Part shown: piece by piece, positions 44,883 through 55,356 of the stretch
Numbering within the stretch: the stretch's first letter is position 1
How the letters are laid out: the number at the start of each line of letters is the position of its first letter
Source: an uncultured Lachnospiraceae bacterium
Lineage (GTDB): Bacteria > Bacillota > Clostridia > Lachnospirales > Lachnospiraceae
DNA length: 64,000 bases
Direction of reading: 5' to 3'
Assembly: GCA_944376125.1 (NCBI GenBank)
Contig: CALWBQ010000037.1
Coordinates: forward strand, 30,454-94,453
Translations under genes and position numbers: made by a program
The notes under the pieces: model-generated
Databases searched by the model: none
What the model was told of the DNA's origin: nothing
The model's input: only the letters and a program-made list of their open reading frames with translations

Positions 44883-45919
44883 TCTCTCACAACCTTAATT
44901 CCTCTTAACAGCAGGAGCAGCGATATTCCACACAAAAAAGCCAGTCCCATTCCAGAAAATGGAAACATCTCTGTCAGCGGCCTCATATCCAGATAAACCG
45001 GACAGAATCCCAGAAACAGGCAGAATGTCATAAGCCCAAAAACAAATCCCTTGGCGCCCGGCAGAATCTTCGCCGACATCCACAAAGTCAGCGGCATAGT
45101 CATATTCCAGAAAAATACAGCCAAGATTCCTGCCACCGGGTACTCTGAAAACAGGTACAAAATTCCTGCCAGAATCACCGACCAAAACGCAGTTTTCCTC
45201 ATTCCAATGACATCCGCCAGCAAACCTCCGGCCATTTTTCCCATTCCTGTTGCACATGCGATAAAAGCCCCGGCTCCCAGGCTGTCCTTCCAGTCAAATG
45301 TCTGAATCATTCCCAGATAGGACCGGAAAACTACCACCAGACCCAGGCATACTGCAGCCGCCAGAGCTCCTCCTGCCTGCATCCCATCGTAAGAGACAGA
45401 GACATTCCGCGATTCTTCCCACAGCTCCTTCCGCTTCGCCGCACAGATCATAGCCGCAGCACCGCCCAGAAGCAGGAGCGCCGGCCAGTCCTTCAAAATT
45501 CCTGCTCCTTTCCCCAGAGCAGTGCCGAGAAACAATCCGATGGACCCCGGTGCTACAAATACGCCCAGGAAACCAGCACTGTCTTTGCTGACATTCAAAA
45601 CATCCAGACCGCCTCCCACATGAAACAGCCCATTTCCCAGTCCAGCCATCACTGCACAGATTACTCCGCTTGCTCCGCAGACCAGATAAGCGGCAGCGAT
45701 CAGAATACATCCTGCAGCGGAAAGTCTCGCATTTTTATTCCATCCGTCTGCCGCTGCTCCCATGGGCATCTGCAGGGCAAAAGCACAGAAATTATAGAGA
45801 AGGATACATAAATACCACTCTCTCGTCCCGTATATTCCGGCAAACATCAAGTAAGCACAAGCAAAATCCACCAGCAGGTGAATCATTCCATAGATGGCAA
45901 CCATTCCCATTCCTCCCAT
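44879..45919 (-). CDS. polytopic membrane protein with MFS-like motif A in both halves
   Basis: About 10 TM segments. The loops MGAAADGWNKNARL and GGLLADVIGMRKTAF resemble MFS motif A. The start is ambiguous (45919 or 45904). Confidence 0.45.
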   Translation of the reverse strand: MGGMGMVAIYGMIHLLVDFACAYLMFAGIYGTREWYLCILLYNFCAFALQMPMGAAADGWNKNARLSAAGCILIAAAYLVCGASGVICAVMAGLGNGLFHVGGGLDVLNVSKDSAGFLGVFVAPGSIGLFLGTALGKGAGILKDWPALLLLGGAAAMICAAKRKELWEESRNVSVSYDGMQAGGALAAAVCLGLVVVFRSYLGMIQTFDWKDSLGAGAFIACATGMGKMAGGLLADVIGMRKTAFWSVILAGILYLFSEYPVAGILAVFFWNMTMPLTLWMSAKILPGAKGFVFGLMTFCLFLGFCPVYLDMRPLTEMFPFSGMGLAFLCGISLLLLLRGIKVVRE

Positions 45920-46083
45920 CGGTTTCAGTATAGCATTGAATTCTTTCGTTATCCTTACTTTTTTTATAAAGAATCCTTACCGTAAGATTAATACTTGCCA
46001 TATCCTGCTCTCCTTCTGAAAAGAAAAAGCCTGCTCAGATACTCTTTCAGAGCATCTGAACAGGCACAGATTCGTCACTGCCA

Positions 46084-46836
46084 TTATTCTTCCTCTTCAT
46101 CCAACAGCCGGGCAACAAAATCGCTGCCCGGATTCTCTTTTACCGCCTCCGGGGTATCCAGACGTGCAATCCTTCCGCCCTCCATCACCAAAACCCTGTC
46201 TCCCAGGCGAAGAGCTTCCCGAATATCATGGGTCACAAAAAGGATTGTCAGCCCCAAGGTCTTGTGGAGATTCTTCAGCTCCTTCTGAAGTCCTCTCCGG
46301 GTAATGCTGTCCACCGCCCCGAACGGCTCATCCATCAGTAAAATAGAAGGATCTGCCGCCAAAGCCCGGGCAATCCCCACTCTCTGCTTCTGGCCGCCGG
46401 AGAGCTCTGACGGGTACCGGTTCGCCATTGATGCGTCCAGCCCTACCACTGAGAGGAGGCGCTGAATCTGACGTTCTTCCTCCTGCTTATTCCATTTTTT
46501 CGAAAGGGAAGGCACGTAGGCAATATTCTGGCGCACCGTCATGTGGGGAAACAGCCCTACATTTTGAATTGCATACCCGATTCCTCTGCGCAGCTGGATC
46601 AGGTCACATTTTCCCACATCCTGCCCATTCACCTCCACAGTACCGGAGGAAGGGAGAAGCAGGCCGTTGACCAGCCTGAGCATCGTCGTCTTTCCGCAGC
46701 CGGAGGTACCGATAATGGTGAGACATTCACCCTTTTTCACTTCCAGAGAAAAATCTTTTAAAATCTCATTCTCTCCGAACGAAACCGACACATTTTGGAA
46801 CTTTACAGCAATATCAGCCGCCTTCTCATTCTTCAT
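46084..46836 (-). CDS. osmoprotectant (glycine betaine/choline-type) ABC transporter ATP-binding protein, no CBS domains
   Basis: Walker A is GTSGCGKTT, the signature is LSGGQKQR and Walker B is LLMDEPF. 250 aa. Confidence 0.85.
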   Translation of the reverse strand: MKNEKAADIAVKFQNVSVSFGENEILKDFSLEVKKGECLTIIGTSGCGKTTMLRLVNGLLLPSSGTVEVNGQDVGKCDLIQLRRGIGYAIQNVGLFPHMTVRQNIAYVPSLSKKWNKQEEERQIQRLLSVVGLDASMANRYPSELSGGQKQRVGIARALAADPSILLMDEPFGAVDSITRRGLQKELKNLHKTLGLTILFVTHDIREALRLGDRVLVMEGGRIARLDTPEAVKENPGSDFVARLLDEEEE

Positions 46837-47836
46837 CAGTGATCAATCCTTTTTCCGTTAAGAAGTCCAGAGCGATCTGGTGCTCATCCATTCCCTCTAT
46901 CTCCAGCTTGTAATTCAGCTCTGCCATCTCTGTATCTGTCAGAATACCATCCATCTTCATCAGCGCTTCCTCCAGGCCGGGATATTCTTCCAGCGCATCT
47001 TCACGGACAACAGTAGAGCAGTAGTAGTTTGCCTGCAGCTTCAGATCGTCCTCCAAAGCTACCACATCCCCGCTTCCAAGCTGGGCATCTGTGGTGAATC
47101 CATTCGTCACGTCGATCTCCCCGTTTGCCATCGCCTGGTACTTTAACCCGATATCAATATCCATGACATTCTTGAACTTCAGGCCATACGTATCGCAAAG
47201 GAGGCCAAACCCATCTTCTCTCTCAATATAATCCGGATTGCCGCCGAAAACCAGCTCCCCTGCCACAGGCGCCAGATCCGAGGTTGTCTTTAAATGATAC
47301 TGATCCGCGATATCCTTGCGAACAGCAACGGTAAATGTGTTGTTAAATCCGTAGAGACCAACCCATGCCATCCTATATTTCTCATGGTACTCTTTCTGAA
47401 GAGTCTCCCAGATCTCCTCGTCAGAAACCCCGCTGGCACTGTGATCCAGAACCATTACATAACCGCTGGAGGTGTACTCCGGGTAGAGATCAAACTCCCC
47501 TGCCTCCATGGCCGGCTGGATATTGGAAGTACCGCCTCCGATTCCCTGCGTCACATTAACCGTGTAATCAGTGCTGTCCTCGATCAGAATCTTCAGCATT
47601 TCTCCAAGGATATACTGTTCTGTCATCGGCTTTGTGGCAACCTCAATGGGATCCTTTTCCTCCTGGGAGGCTCCCGTTTCTGCCCCGCTCTGAGCTGCCT
47701 CTGAACTTTCAGTTTCTCCCTGAGAAGCTGCTGCCTGAGTGCCCTCCTGAACCTGGCTGCTCTCCCCGCATGCCGTCAGGCCGGCCAGCATTGCCGCCCC
47801 CAAAACTACTGCCGCAAATCTTGATTTTTTCATCAT
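46826..47836 (-). CDS. osmoprotectant ABC transporter substrate-binding lipoprotein (OpuAC-fold)
   Basis: Lipobox LAGLTACG is followed by an acidic linker. The core [21 protein letters not shown]...YPEYTSSGY is typical of OpuBC/OpuCC-type binders. Confidence 0.8.
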   Translation of the reverse strand: MMKKSRFAAVVLGAAMLAGLTACGESSQVQEGTQAAASQGETESSEAAQSGAETGASQEEKDPIEVATKPMTEQYILGEMLKILIEDSTDYTVNVTQGIGGGTSNIQPAMEAGEFDLYPEYTSSGYVMVLDHSASGVSDEEIWETLQKEYHEKYRMAWVGLYGFNNTFTVAVRKDIADQYHLKTTSDLAPVAGELVFGGNPDYIEREDGFGLLCDTYGLKFKNVMDIDIGLKYQAMANGEIDVTNGFTTDAQLGSGDVVALEDDLKLQANYYCSTVVREDALEEYPGLEEALMKMDGILTDTEMAELNYKLEIEGMDEHQIALDFLTEKGLITDEE

Positions 47837-48486
47837 CCATTCATTCTCCGTTTCTTTTTATAAGCTCTTTCCGCCATCCCCAGCAGCAGATCCGCTGTCA
47901 GGGCTAAAAGCGCGATCAAAATACTTCCAGCAAATGTCATAGCTGGATTGTAAATACTAATGCCTCTGTAGATTGCTTTTCCCAAGCCGCTGGCACCGAT
48001 ATAGGAAGCCAGGCCGCACATAGAAATCGCCATAACCGTCATACTCCTAAGCCCGGTCAGGATCACCGGCAGAGCCAATGGCAGCTTTACCCGCCGCAGT
48101 ATCTGCATCCGGGTGCTTCCCATGGCCCTGGCCGCTTCTAAAATATCTGAATCCACTGTCACAAGGCCGGTATAAGTGTTTCTCACCATGGGCATCAAGG
48201 CATATATCGAAATAGCTGTAACCGCATTCCGGTCGCCGATTCCCAGGAGGGGGATCAAAATTCCCAGCATAGAAATGGAGGGGATTGTGTAAAACACATT
48301 GCAGATCCCAATCACAGCCGGCGCCGCTTTTCTGTACTCAGACAGCACAATGCCAATCAGCAGTCCCAGCGTCCCTGCAATGGCAATGGCCATAACTGAC
48401 AGCCTCACATGGGCTGCCAAAAGTTCCAGAAACCAGGGGCCTCTTTCGATATACAGCTGAATTACTTCTTGTAAAAATTCAATCAT
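47833..48486 (-). CDS. osmoprotectant ABC transporter permease
   Basis: 217 aa with 5-6 TM segments. The EAA loop reads ILEAARAMGSTRMQILRRVKLPLALPVILTG. Confidence 0.85.
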   Translation of the reverse strand: MIEFLQEVIQLYIERGPWFLELLAAHVRLSVMAIAIAGTLGLLIGIVLSEYRKAAPAVIGICNVFYTIPSISMLGILIPLLGIGDRNAVTAISIYALMPMVRNTYTGLVTVDSDILEAARAMGSTRMQILRRVKLPLALPVILTGLRSMTVMAISMCGLASYIGASGLGKAIYRGISIYNPAMTFAGSILIALLALTADLLLGMAERAYKKKRRMNG

Positions 48487-48490
48487 CTTT

Positions 48491-49102
48491 TCACCTATGA
48501 AGCCGTTTCACCGCTCCTGCCGGACAGACTTCCAAGCAGGCTCCGCACTGGAGGCAATGGGCAGGGTTTATGGAAAACGGCGTTCCCTCTGTTATACACT
48601 TTTGTGGACATGCCGCAGAACAGGAGCCGCAGCTAATGCAGGCGTCTGTGATTTCGAAGCCAGCCTTTTCTATCTCGTCCCCTCCGTAGGCAAACTGTTC
48701 CCGGCTAATGGGGTAATGGAGCAGATCAAACCATTCTCCGCGGCCTTCATAAATGTGGAAGGCATCCAGAATATAGCGTGTATCTCCTGGGTAAACTTCA
48801 TTCATCCCGGGGTTTTCTTCAAATACTTTGTCCACCCATTTTTTATCAGCAATCCGGCACTTTCCAGTAAACTTGAGAGACTGGCAGTCCGGACACATAG
48901 CAGACAGAGCAATCCTTCCGGTATCTGTAAGCTGTTTATAAAAAGGTTTTCCCTTAGAGGTGACAATATACATCCCGTCATCCTCCGCCAGCATCACATT
49001 GATAATGCGGCTCTGCGGAACACCATCCTCATCCACTGTAGCGGCAGATGCGATCTTCACCTGGCGGAACATTGCGACATACTTTCTTGCAGTTTCATTC
49101 AT
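48491..49102 (-). CDS. pyridoxamine 5'-phosphate oxidase-like domain fused to a 2x[4Fe-4S] ferredoxin domain
   Basis: The N-terminal split-barrel-like region reads ASAATVDEDGVPQSRIINVMLAEDDGMYIVTSKG. C-terminal clusters are CISCGSCSAACP and CLQCGACLEVCP. Confidence 0.65.
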   Translation of the reverse strand: MNETARKYVAMFRQVKIASAATVDEDGVPQSRIINVMLAEDDGMYIVTSKGKPFYKQLTDTGRIALSAMCPDCQSLKFTGKCRIADKKWVDKVFEENPGMNEVYPGDTRYILDAFHIYEGRGEWFDLLHYPISREQFAYGGDEIEKAGFEITDACISCGSCSAACPQKCITEGTPFSINPAHCLQCGACLEVCPAGAVKRLHR

Positions 49103-49216
49103 TATGATCTTCCCCTTTCAGACAGCGTTTTATTTTCTATGTAACCATTTTATCTGAAGGGGAATGTTCCGTAAAGTACGCACTTTAAAGTGGCCTGGTT
49201 ACTGAGCAGTAACTAA

Positions 49217-51334
49217 TTACACCTCAAAAATCAAGTCTCCGTAGCTGGGGAACGGCCACAATTCCTTGTCCACTACCATCTCCAGACGGTCAGCCGGCTC
49301 CCTCAGGCGGTCCATCGCCGGGACGACCTGCTCGTAGTAAGCCTTGGCCTGCTGCTTTCCGCTCTCCATGGCCGCGCACCGGTCTGTGATCTCCTGAAGC
49401 TCTGCAAGAGCTTTCTTCATCTTTCCAAGCTGGCTGGAGGTCTCCATCAAAAGCTCTGTCTGGGCGGTGACATCGGCCTCCGGGCATGCCTCTCTCACAT
49501 CTTTGATAGACTGGGCCAGCCTAGTAGCATAGCGTACGGCTACCGGAATAATCTGTTTTCCTGCCATATCCAGCATCGTTTTGGCCTCGATATTGATCGT
49601 CTTGGCGTACGCCTCGTACTCTACTTCCACGCGGGATTCCAGCTCCGCCCTGGTAAACACATGGAAAGTCTCAAACAGCTTGACCGCCTTGTCCGTCACC
49701 AGGGTCTCAATGGCGTCGACGGCGCACTTGATGTTAGGCAGGCCGCGGCGCTCTGCCTCTTCTACCCATGCTTTAGAATAGCCGTTTCCATTAAAAATGA
49801 TCCGGCGATGCTCTATAAACAGCTTTTTGATCATATCATGCACAGCCATATCAAAATCTTCGGCCTTTTCCAGCTCATCTGCAGCCTCCTTGAATGCCTC
49901 TGCCACAATGGTATTCAGGACAATATTGGGGGATGCCACCGAGTCGGAGGATCCCAGCATGCGGAATTCAAATTTATTTCCAGTAAAGGCGAAGGGTGAT
50001 GTCCGGTTCCGGTCCGTAGCGTCCTTGTAGAGATCTGGAAGGGTCTTAATTCCCGTGCGGAGGGTGCCTCCCTTTAAAGAGTGGGTGGCTTCACCGGTGC
50101 TGCAGAGCTGGTCTATCACATCCTCCAACTGCTCTCCTAAAAAGACCGACACAATGGCCGGCGGCGCTTCCTGAGCCCCCAGGCGGTGATCATTGCCGGG
50201 ATTGGCCGCTGACTCTCTCAAAAGATCTCCATGGGTGTCCACTGCCTTTAAAATGCAGGCCAGCACCAGAAGAAACTGGACATTCTCGTGGGGCGTATCG
50301 CCAGGGTTTAACAGATTCATGCCGTCATCTGAAATCAGAGACCAGTTGTCATGTTTTCCAGACCCGTTGACTCCCTTAAAAGGTTTCTCATGGAGCAGAC
50401 AGGTCAGCCCGTGGCGCTCTGCCACTTTTTTCAAGGTTTCCATAGTCATTTGATTATGGTCGACTGCCACATTGGCCTCCGTGTAGATGGGAGCCAGCTC
50501 GTGCTGAGCCGGTGCCACCTCATTGTGCTGGGTTTTAGCGGAAACGCCCAGCTTCCACAATTCGATATTCAGCTCGTGCATAAAAGAGCCGATCCGCTCC
50601 CGAATCGTCCCAAAATAATGGTCATCCATCTCCTGCCCTTTCGGCGGCATTGCTCCGAACAGAGTCCTCCCGGCATAGATCAGATCCTTCCTCTGAAGGT
50701 ATTTCTCCCGGTCCACCAGGAAGTATTCCTGCTCAGGTCCCACCGACGGCACGACTCTCTTGGCTGTAGTGTTTCCAAACAGTCTGAGGATCCGCAGGGC
50801 CTGCTCATCCACCGCCTGCATGGAGCGCAGAAGAGGAGTCTTTTTATCCAGAGCCTCCCCTTTATAAGAGCAGAATGCTGTGGGGATGCACAGGGTCACA
50901 CCGATGGCATCTTCTTTGAGAAATGCCGGTGAGGTGCAGTCCCACATGGTATATCCGCGTGCCTCAAAGGTTGCTCTCAACCCTCCGGATGGGAAGGAAG
51001 AGGCATCTGGCTCGCCTTTGATCAGTTCTTTTCCAGAAAACTCCATAATCGCTTTCCCGTTGGAATCCGGAGCGGAAATAAACGAGTCATGCTTTTCTGC
51101 GGTAATCCCAGTCAAGGGCTGAAACCAATGGCTGTAGTGGGTGGCTCCGCGCTCGATGGCCCACTCTTTCATGGCGTGAGCCACCACATCGGCGATGCTG
51201 GAATCCAGCTCCGCCCCGTCCTCAATAGTCTTTTTTAATTTCCGGTAGACTGTCTTCGGCAGGTATTCCCGCATAGCTGCATCGTTAAATACGTTTTTTC
51301 CAAAAATCTCTGTTACATTTATCACATCACTCAT
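49217..51334 (-). CDS. glnN: type III glutamine synthetase
   Basis: 705 aa from the ATG at 51334 (RBS GGAGGAG). The start is [27 protein letters not shown], with catalytic core ...[16 protein letters not shown]...[18 protein letters not shown]... Confidence 0.9.
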   Translation of the reverse strand: MSDVINVTEIFGKNVFNDAAMREYLPKTVYRKLKKTIEDGAELDSSIADVVAHAMKEWAIERGATHYSHWFQPLTGITAEKHDSFISAPDSNGKAIMEFSGKELIKGEPDASSFPSGGLRATFEARGYTMWDCTSPAFLKEDAIGVTLCIPTAFCSYKGEALDKKTPLLRSMQAVDEQALRILRLFGNTTAKRVVPSVGPEQEYFLVDREKYLQRKDLIYAGRTLFGAMPPKGQEMDDHYFGTIRERIGSFMHELNIELWKLGVSAKTQHNEVAPAQHELAPIYTEANVAVDHNQMTMETLKKVAERHGLTCLLHEKPFKGVNGSGKHDNWSLISDDGMNLLNPGDTPHENVQFLLVLACILKAVDTHGDLLRESAANPGNDHRLGAQEAPPAIVSVFLGEQLEDVIDQLCSTGEATHSLKGGTLRTGIKTLPDLYKDATDRNRTSPFAFTGNKFEFRMLGSSDSVASPNIVLNTIVAEAFKEAADELEKAEDFDMAVHDMIKKLFIEHRRIIFNGNGYSKAWVEEAERRGLPNIKCAVDAIETLVTDKAVKLFETFHVFTRAELESRVEVEYEAYAKTINIEAKTMLDMAGKQIIPVAVRYATRLAQSIKDVREACPEADVTAQTELLMETSSQLGKMKKALAELQEITDRCAAMESGKQQAKAYYEQVVPAMDRLREPADRLEMVVDKELWPFPSYGDLIFEV

Positions 51335-51433
51335 CCGGCATACTCCTCCACATAAAATCCTATCAGTTCCGCTGATACATAAAATCTGGTTTACATTGTA
51401 ATGGCTCTTTCCTGAAAAGTAAAGAGAAATTGT

Positions 51434-51490
51434 AAAAGAAAAGCTCCCGTCAGGATCCGGAGAGTGCAAACGAAATCCTGCGGGAGTTTT
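51434..51490. terminator. hairpin terminator between the cell-wall-binding gene B and glnN
   Basis: The CTCCCG-CAGGAT...ATCCTG-CGGGAG stem is flanked by CTTTTCTTTT on the minus strand and TTTT on the plus strand. Confidence 0.55.
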
Positions 51491-51576
51491 CCTATCTTGT
51501 GATGTAATGCAATTCGGTTTTATAAACCAATTTTATGAAAAATCCAATTCTGTGGATCTATCACCTGTCTTTCTGA

Positions 51577-53094
51577 TTAATCTTCTTCTTTCTCAGTTGC
51601 CTCGTAGGTGGAGCTGTTGATCGTGAACTTCACACCGTCCACGGTTACGGTGCCGCTCTTCTTAACAGTGCCGCTGCGGTTTACAACAACCTGGGTACCC
51701 GCTGCGATCTTGACAGTCGTTCCATCGGTATCCATGATATCGTTCTCGGTCACATACAGCATGTAGGTGCCGCCGTCCTCAGCTTCAACCCGCTTGCCGT
51801 CTTCATCGTAGATGGCTCCGCTTACCAGAGTATTGGTGTATGCCTGGCCATTGCTCTTGAAGTAGAATACAACGTCCTCGCCCTCGTCATCGTAGGTCTT
51901 CTTGCCGGTCTGCATTGCGCCCTCGGCAGAACCATCCTCGGTGCTGAAGTAGTAGATTGCGTCATCTGCCAGGTCACTGCCGCCGGAACGGTATGCGCTG
52001 CCGCCTTCCAGTTTCACAACGCCGGTGATCATGCGGCCGTTCTCGTCAAAGAGGTAAGTCTTATTCTTGATCACCTTTGCAGCCACGTTATCATATACAT
52101 CGCCGTCGAACAGGTCGGTAGCTGTAACGCCGGTTGCGTCATTGGCCATCGCATCCTTCGCCTCATCGTTGAATGCCTCGCCCTTAGTGCTCAGGTAGAA
52201 CCAGTACTCATCGCCTTCCTCATCCGTATCATCCGGATCGTAGGTGTAGATCCATCCGGTTCTTCTGTAACCTACATCCTCGGTGTAGAATGCCGCAGCG
52301 CCGGTTGCAACGCTGACTGTGCTGCTGGAAACGCCAGGCGTACCGAATACCCAGGTATCGTCCATTGCTCCAGTCTCATCAAATGTATAATAGAAGCCAT
52401 TAATGTATTTGGTCTGATTCTTTACTGCCCGGCCGTTGGTTCCAAAGTAATACCAGGCCATATCGTCATCGGGTTCATCCTCGTAGTCTTCGTCATCGGG
52501 TCTCTCCAGGTACTGCCAGCCAAGGGCCGCCCAGCCTTCGTTCTCATCGTTGAAATAATACGTGTAGGTAGTTCCGCTGGACAGCTCAATATCCTGCCAG
52601 CCGCTGAGCATATGGCCGTCCTCATCGAAGGCAAAGGTTCCGCTCAGGCTGCCGTCCGTCCCGTAAGGAATGCTGGTAAACACCTGATTTCTTCCGTCAC
52701 CCTTCTTAGCCTTGCCGTTGGATCCGAAGTAATACCACAGAGTCGACACATCCTCCTGGTCGGAGCACTCAAAGTCTCCCTCATTGTCAATGGAAACCCA
52801 GGTGTTGAGCACCTTTGCACCGTTGGAATCTACATAGTAGATATCATCGTTAGAGCCGGATACAATAATCTGATCCCTCGCCATGTACCCATCACTGTCC
52901 AGGTAGTACCAGTTGGATCCGCTCTTTTTCCAGGTGTCGGTCACCATGTCTCCATCACTGTCCAGGTAGACCCAATCTTCGCCCTGTTGTTCCCAGTGTG
53001 CCGTAGCCGCAAATGCCATGCTGCTGGCCCCGACTGTCATCAGAGCTGCAGCAGATGTAACTGCTATCAGTTTTCCTTTCTTTGTCATAAACAC
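51577..53094 (-). CDS. secreted cell-wall-binding repeat protein, paralogue B
   Basis: It has a signal peptide and is collinear with paralogue A (5677-7206) over its full length. For example, FAATAHWEQQGEDWVYLDSDG in B matches FAATAHWEQEGEDWVYLDRDG in A. Confidence 0.8.
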   Translation of the reverse strand: MFMTKKGKLIAVTSAAALMTVGASSMAFAATAHWEQQGEDWVYLDSDGDMVTDTWKKSGSNWYYLDSDGYMARDQIIVSGSNDDIYYVDSNGAKVLNTWVSIDNEGDFECSDQEDVSTLWYYFGSNGKAKKGDGRNQVFTSIPYGTDGSLSGTFAFDEDGHMLSGWQDIELSSGTTYTYYFNDENEGWAALGWQYLERPDDEDYEDEPDDDMAWYYFGTNGRAVKNQTKYINGFYYTFDETGAMDDTWVFGTPGVSSSTVSVATGAAAFYTEDVGYRRTGWIYTYDPDDTDEEGDEYWFYLSTKGEAFNDEAKDAMANDATGVTATDLFDGDVYDNVAAKVIKNKTYLFDENGRMITGVVKLEGGSAYRSGGSDLADDAIYYFSTEDGSAEGAMQTGKKTYDDEGEDVVFYFKSNGQAYTNTLVSGAIYDEDGKRVEAEDGGTYMLYVTENDIMDTDGTTVKIAAGTQVVVNRSGTVKKSGTVTVDGVKFTINSSTYEATEKEED

Positions 53095-53233
53095 ATGTCT
53101 CCTTTTCCTTAAAGATTTGAAATTCCTTTCTGCTTACATTTAATACTTTAAAGAAGAAATGTGTTCAAAAAATGGGAAAACTGTGAAAAACCGGTGTGTT
53201 TTCTGTGAACTCCTTACACTTTTCTTAATAATC

Positions 53234-54190
53234 TTACGATTCTTTTTCGATCGCCTCGCATGTGTCCCGGTTGATGGTGTATTTCACTCCATCCACCTCG
53301 ACAGTGCCGCTTCTCTTGACTGAACCGCTGCGGCTTACAATCACCTGGGTGCCTGCCGGGATCTTGACAGTCCTTCCATCATCATCCGTGATATCTGCCT
53401 CTGTCACATACAGCATATAAGAAGAATCTTCCGATTCTATCCGTCTGCCCTCGCTGTCGTAGATGGCTCCGCTGACGAAAGCGTTCCGATACGCCTGCCC
53501 ATTGCTCTTAAAGCAGTAGACAACATCCTCCCCTTCATCGTCGTATGTCACTTTTCCTGTCTCCATAGCACCCTCTGCCGAACCATCGTCTGTGCTGAAG
53601 TAATAGATTTCTCCATCTGCCAGGGCACTGCCGCCGGAACGGCATGCGCTGCCGCCCTCCAGCTGTACGACCCCTGTGATCATGCGTCCGTTCTCATCAA
53701 ACAGGTAAGTCTTATTTTTAATGACCTTTGCCGCAACATTGTGATAAATATCTCCGGTGTATAGGTCCGTCGCTGCAACGCCCAGAGCATTTTTGTCTTT
53801 TGCATCTTTGGCTTCATCATTAAAGGCTTCACCCTTGGTACTTAGGTAGAACCAGTACTCATCGCCCTCCTCGTACTCATCGTCCGGATCGTAGGTGTAA
53901 ATCCATCCGCTTCTTCTGTAGCCGATCTCATCGGTATAGAAAGCAGCCGCATCGCTGGCAATATTGGCGGTACTGTTTGATATTCCCGGTGTTCCTTTTA
54001 CCCAGGTATCATCCATAGCGCCTGTCTCGTCAAAAGTGTAGTAGAAACCATTGATATATTTCGTCTGATTTTTGACTGCTCTTCCGTTAGAGTCAAAATA
54101 GAACCACGCTTCACTGTCCATGGGGTCATCATAATAGTCCTCACTGTCAGGCCGTTCCAGATACTGCCAGCCTGTAGCCGCATAGCCTTC
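53234..54190 (-). pseudogene. 5'-truncated copy of the cell-wall-binding repeat gene, paralogue C
   Basis: Homology to B starts at ...EGYAATGWQYLERPD, equivalent to about residue 185 of B. An in-frame TAA at 54200-54202 lies just upstream. There is no signal peptide. The longest ATG ORF is 53234-54121. Confidence 0.7.
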
Positions 54191-54304
54191 TGTCGCCCTT
54201 TACGACATCTGACGTTTTTCTTGCACGATTCTGTCGTTCCTTACGAAATCCTTTCCTCCTTTTAGCTGAACATTCCGTTTCACAGGGAACTGTATCTCTG
54301 TAAA

Positions 54305-54343
54305 CGAAAAACTGCCGCCCCAGCTTCCCGCTGGATGCGGCAG
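54305..54343 (-). terminator. intrinsic terminator after fba
   Basis: The minus strand reads CTGCCGC...GCGGCAG, followed by TTTTTCG. Confidence 0.65.
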
Positions 54344-54367
54344 TCCATTCATCTTTTTCCTACAGCA

Positions 54368-55231
54368 TTAAGCCTTTCCAATGGATCCAAACAGTTCCAT
54401 TTTCTCTTTTACAGTTTCTTTAATCGCCTCAGTACCCGGAGCCAGCAGTTTTCTCGGGTCAAATCCCTTGCCCTGCTGGTCTTTTCCTGCCTCGATATAC
54501 TTTCTGGTAGCGTCTGCAAATGCCAGCTGGCATTCTGTATTGACATTGATCTTTGCAACGCCTAAGCTGATCGCTTTCTTGATCATGTCAGCCGGGATCC
54601 CTGTGCCTCCGTGAAGAACCAGCGGCATATCACCCACTGCCTCCTTAACCGCAGCCAGAGTCTCAAAGCTCAGGCCAGGCCAGTTTGCCGGATATTTTCC
54701 ATGGATATTTCCGATTCCTGCGGCCAGCATAGTGACACCCAGGTCTGCGATCATCTTGCACTCTTTGGGATCTGCACATTCGCCCATCCCGACTACGCCG
54801 TCTTCCTCGCCGCCAATGGAACCGACCTCTGCCTCCAGAGACATTCCCTTCTCCTGGCAGACTTTTACTAATTCCTTGGTCTTCTCAACGTTCTCCTCAA
54901 TCGGATAATGAGAACCGTCAAACATGATGGATGAGAACCCTGCCTCAATACACTTATAGCAGCCCTCATAGGTACCGTGATCCAGATGAAGAGCTACCGG
55001 AACTGTAATCTTAAGCTCATCAATCATAGCAGATACCATAGCTGCAACCGTCTTAAAGCCGGTCATATATTTCCCTGCACCCTCAGATACGCCCAGAATG
55101 ACCGGGGATTTTAACTCTTCTGCTGTGAGAAGGATCGCTTTGGTCCACTCTAAGTTGTTAATATTGAACTGACCAACTGCATATTTTCCGTCTCTTGCTT
55201 TCTCAAGCATATCTTTTGCTGAAACTAACAT
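54368..55231 (-). CDS. fba: class II fructose-1,6-bisphosphate aldolase
   Basis: Starts MLVSAKDMLEKARDGKYAVGQFNINNLEW. Also shows LHLDHG, IGNIHG and LVLHGGTG. Confidence 0.93.
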   Translation of the reverse strand: MLVSAKDMLEKARDGKYAVGQFNINNLEWTKAILLTAEELKSPVILGVSEGAGKYMTGFKTVAAMVSAMIDELKITVPVALHLDHGTYEGCYKCIEAGFSSIMFDGSHYPIEENVEKTKELVKVCQEKGMSLEAEVGSIGGEEDGVVGMGECADPKECKMIADLGVTMLAAGIGNIHGKYPANWPGLSFETLAAVKEAVGDMPLVLHGGTGIPADMIKKAISLGVAKINVNTECQLAFADATRKYIEAGKDQQGKGFDPRKLLAPGTEAIKETVKEKMELFGSIGKA

Positions 55232-55356
55232 TGGAAAGACCTCCCTTTCGTTTTTTGCTGTTTAAGCCCGCATACAGACTGCGGCAGCTTTCACAATTTA
55301 TTATATCTCATTTTATAAGAATTGAAAAGGACAAGTTTTCTTTTGCCAACCTTTTC

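Noticed and set aside
49103-49216. The CACTTTAAAGTG 12-bp palindrome and a short hairpin between glnN and the opu operon, considered as a terminator or operator.
   Set aside because: The stems are short (6 bp) with no T-run. The palindrome is AT-rich and unsupported by any second copy in the window.
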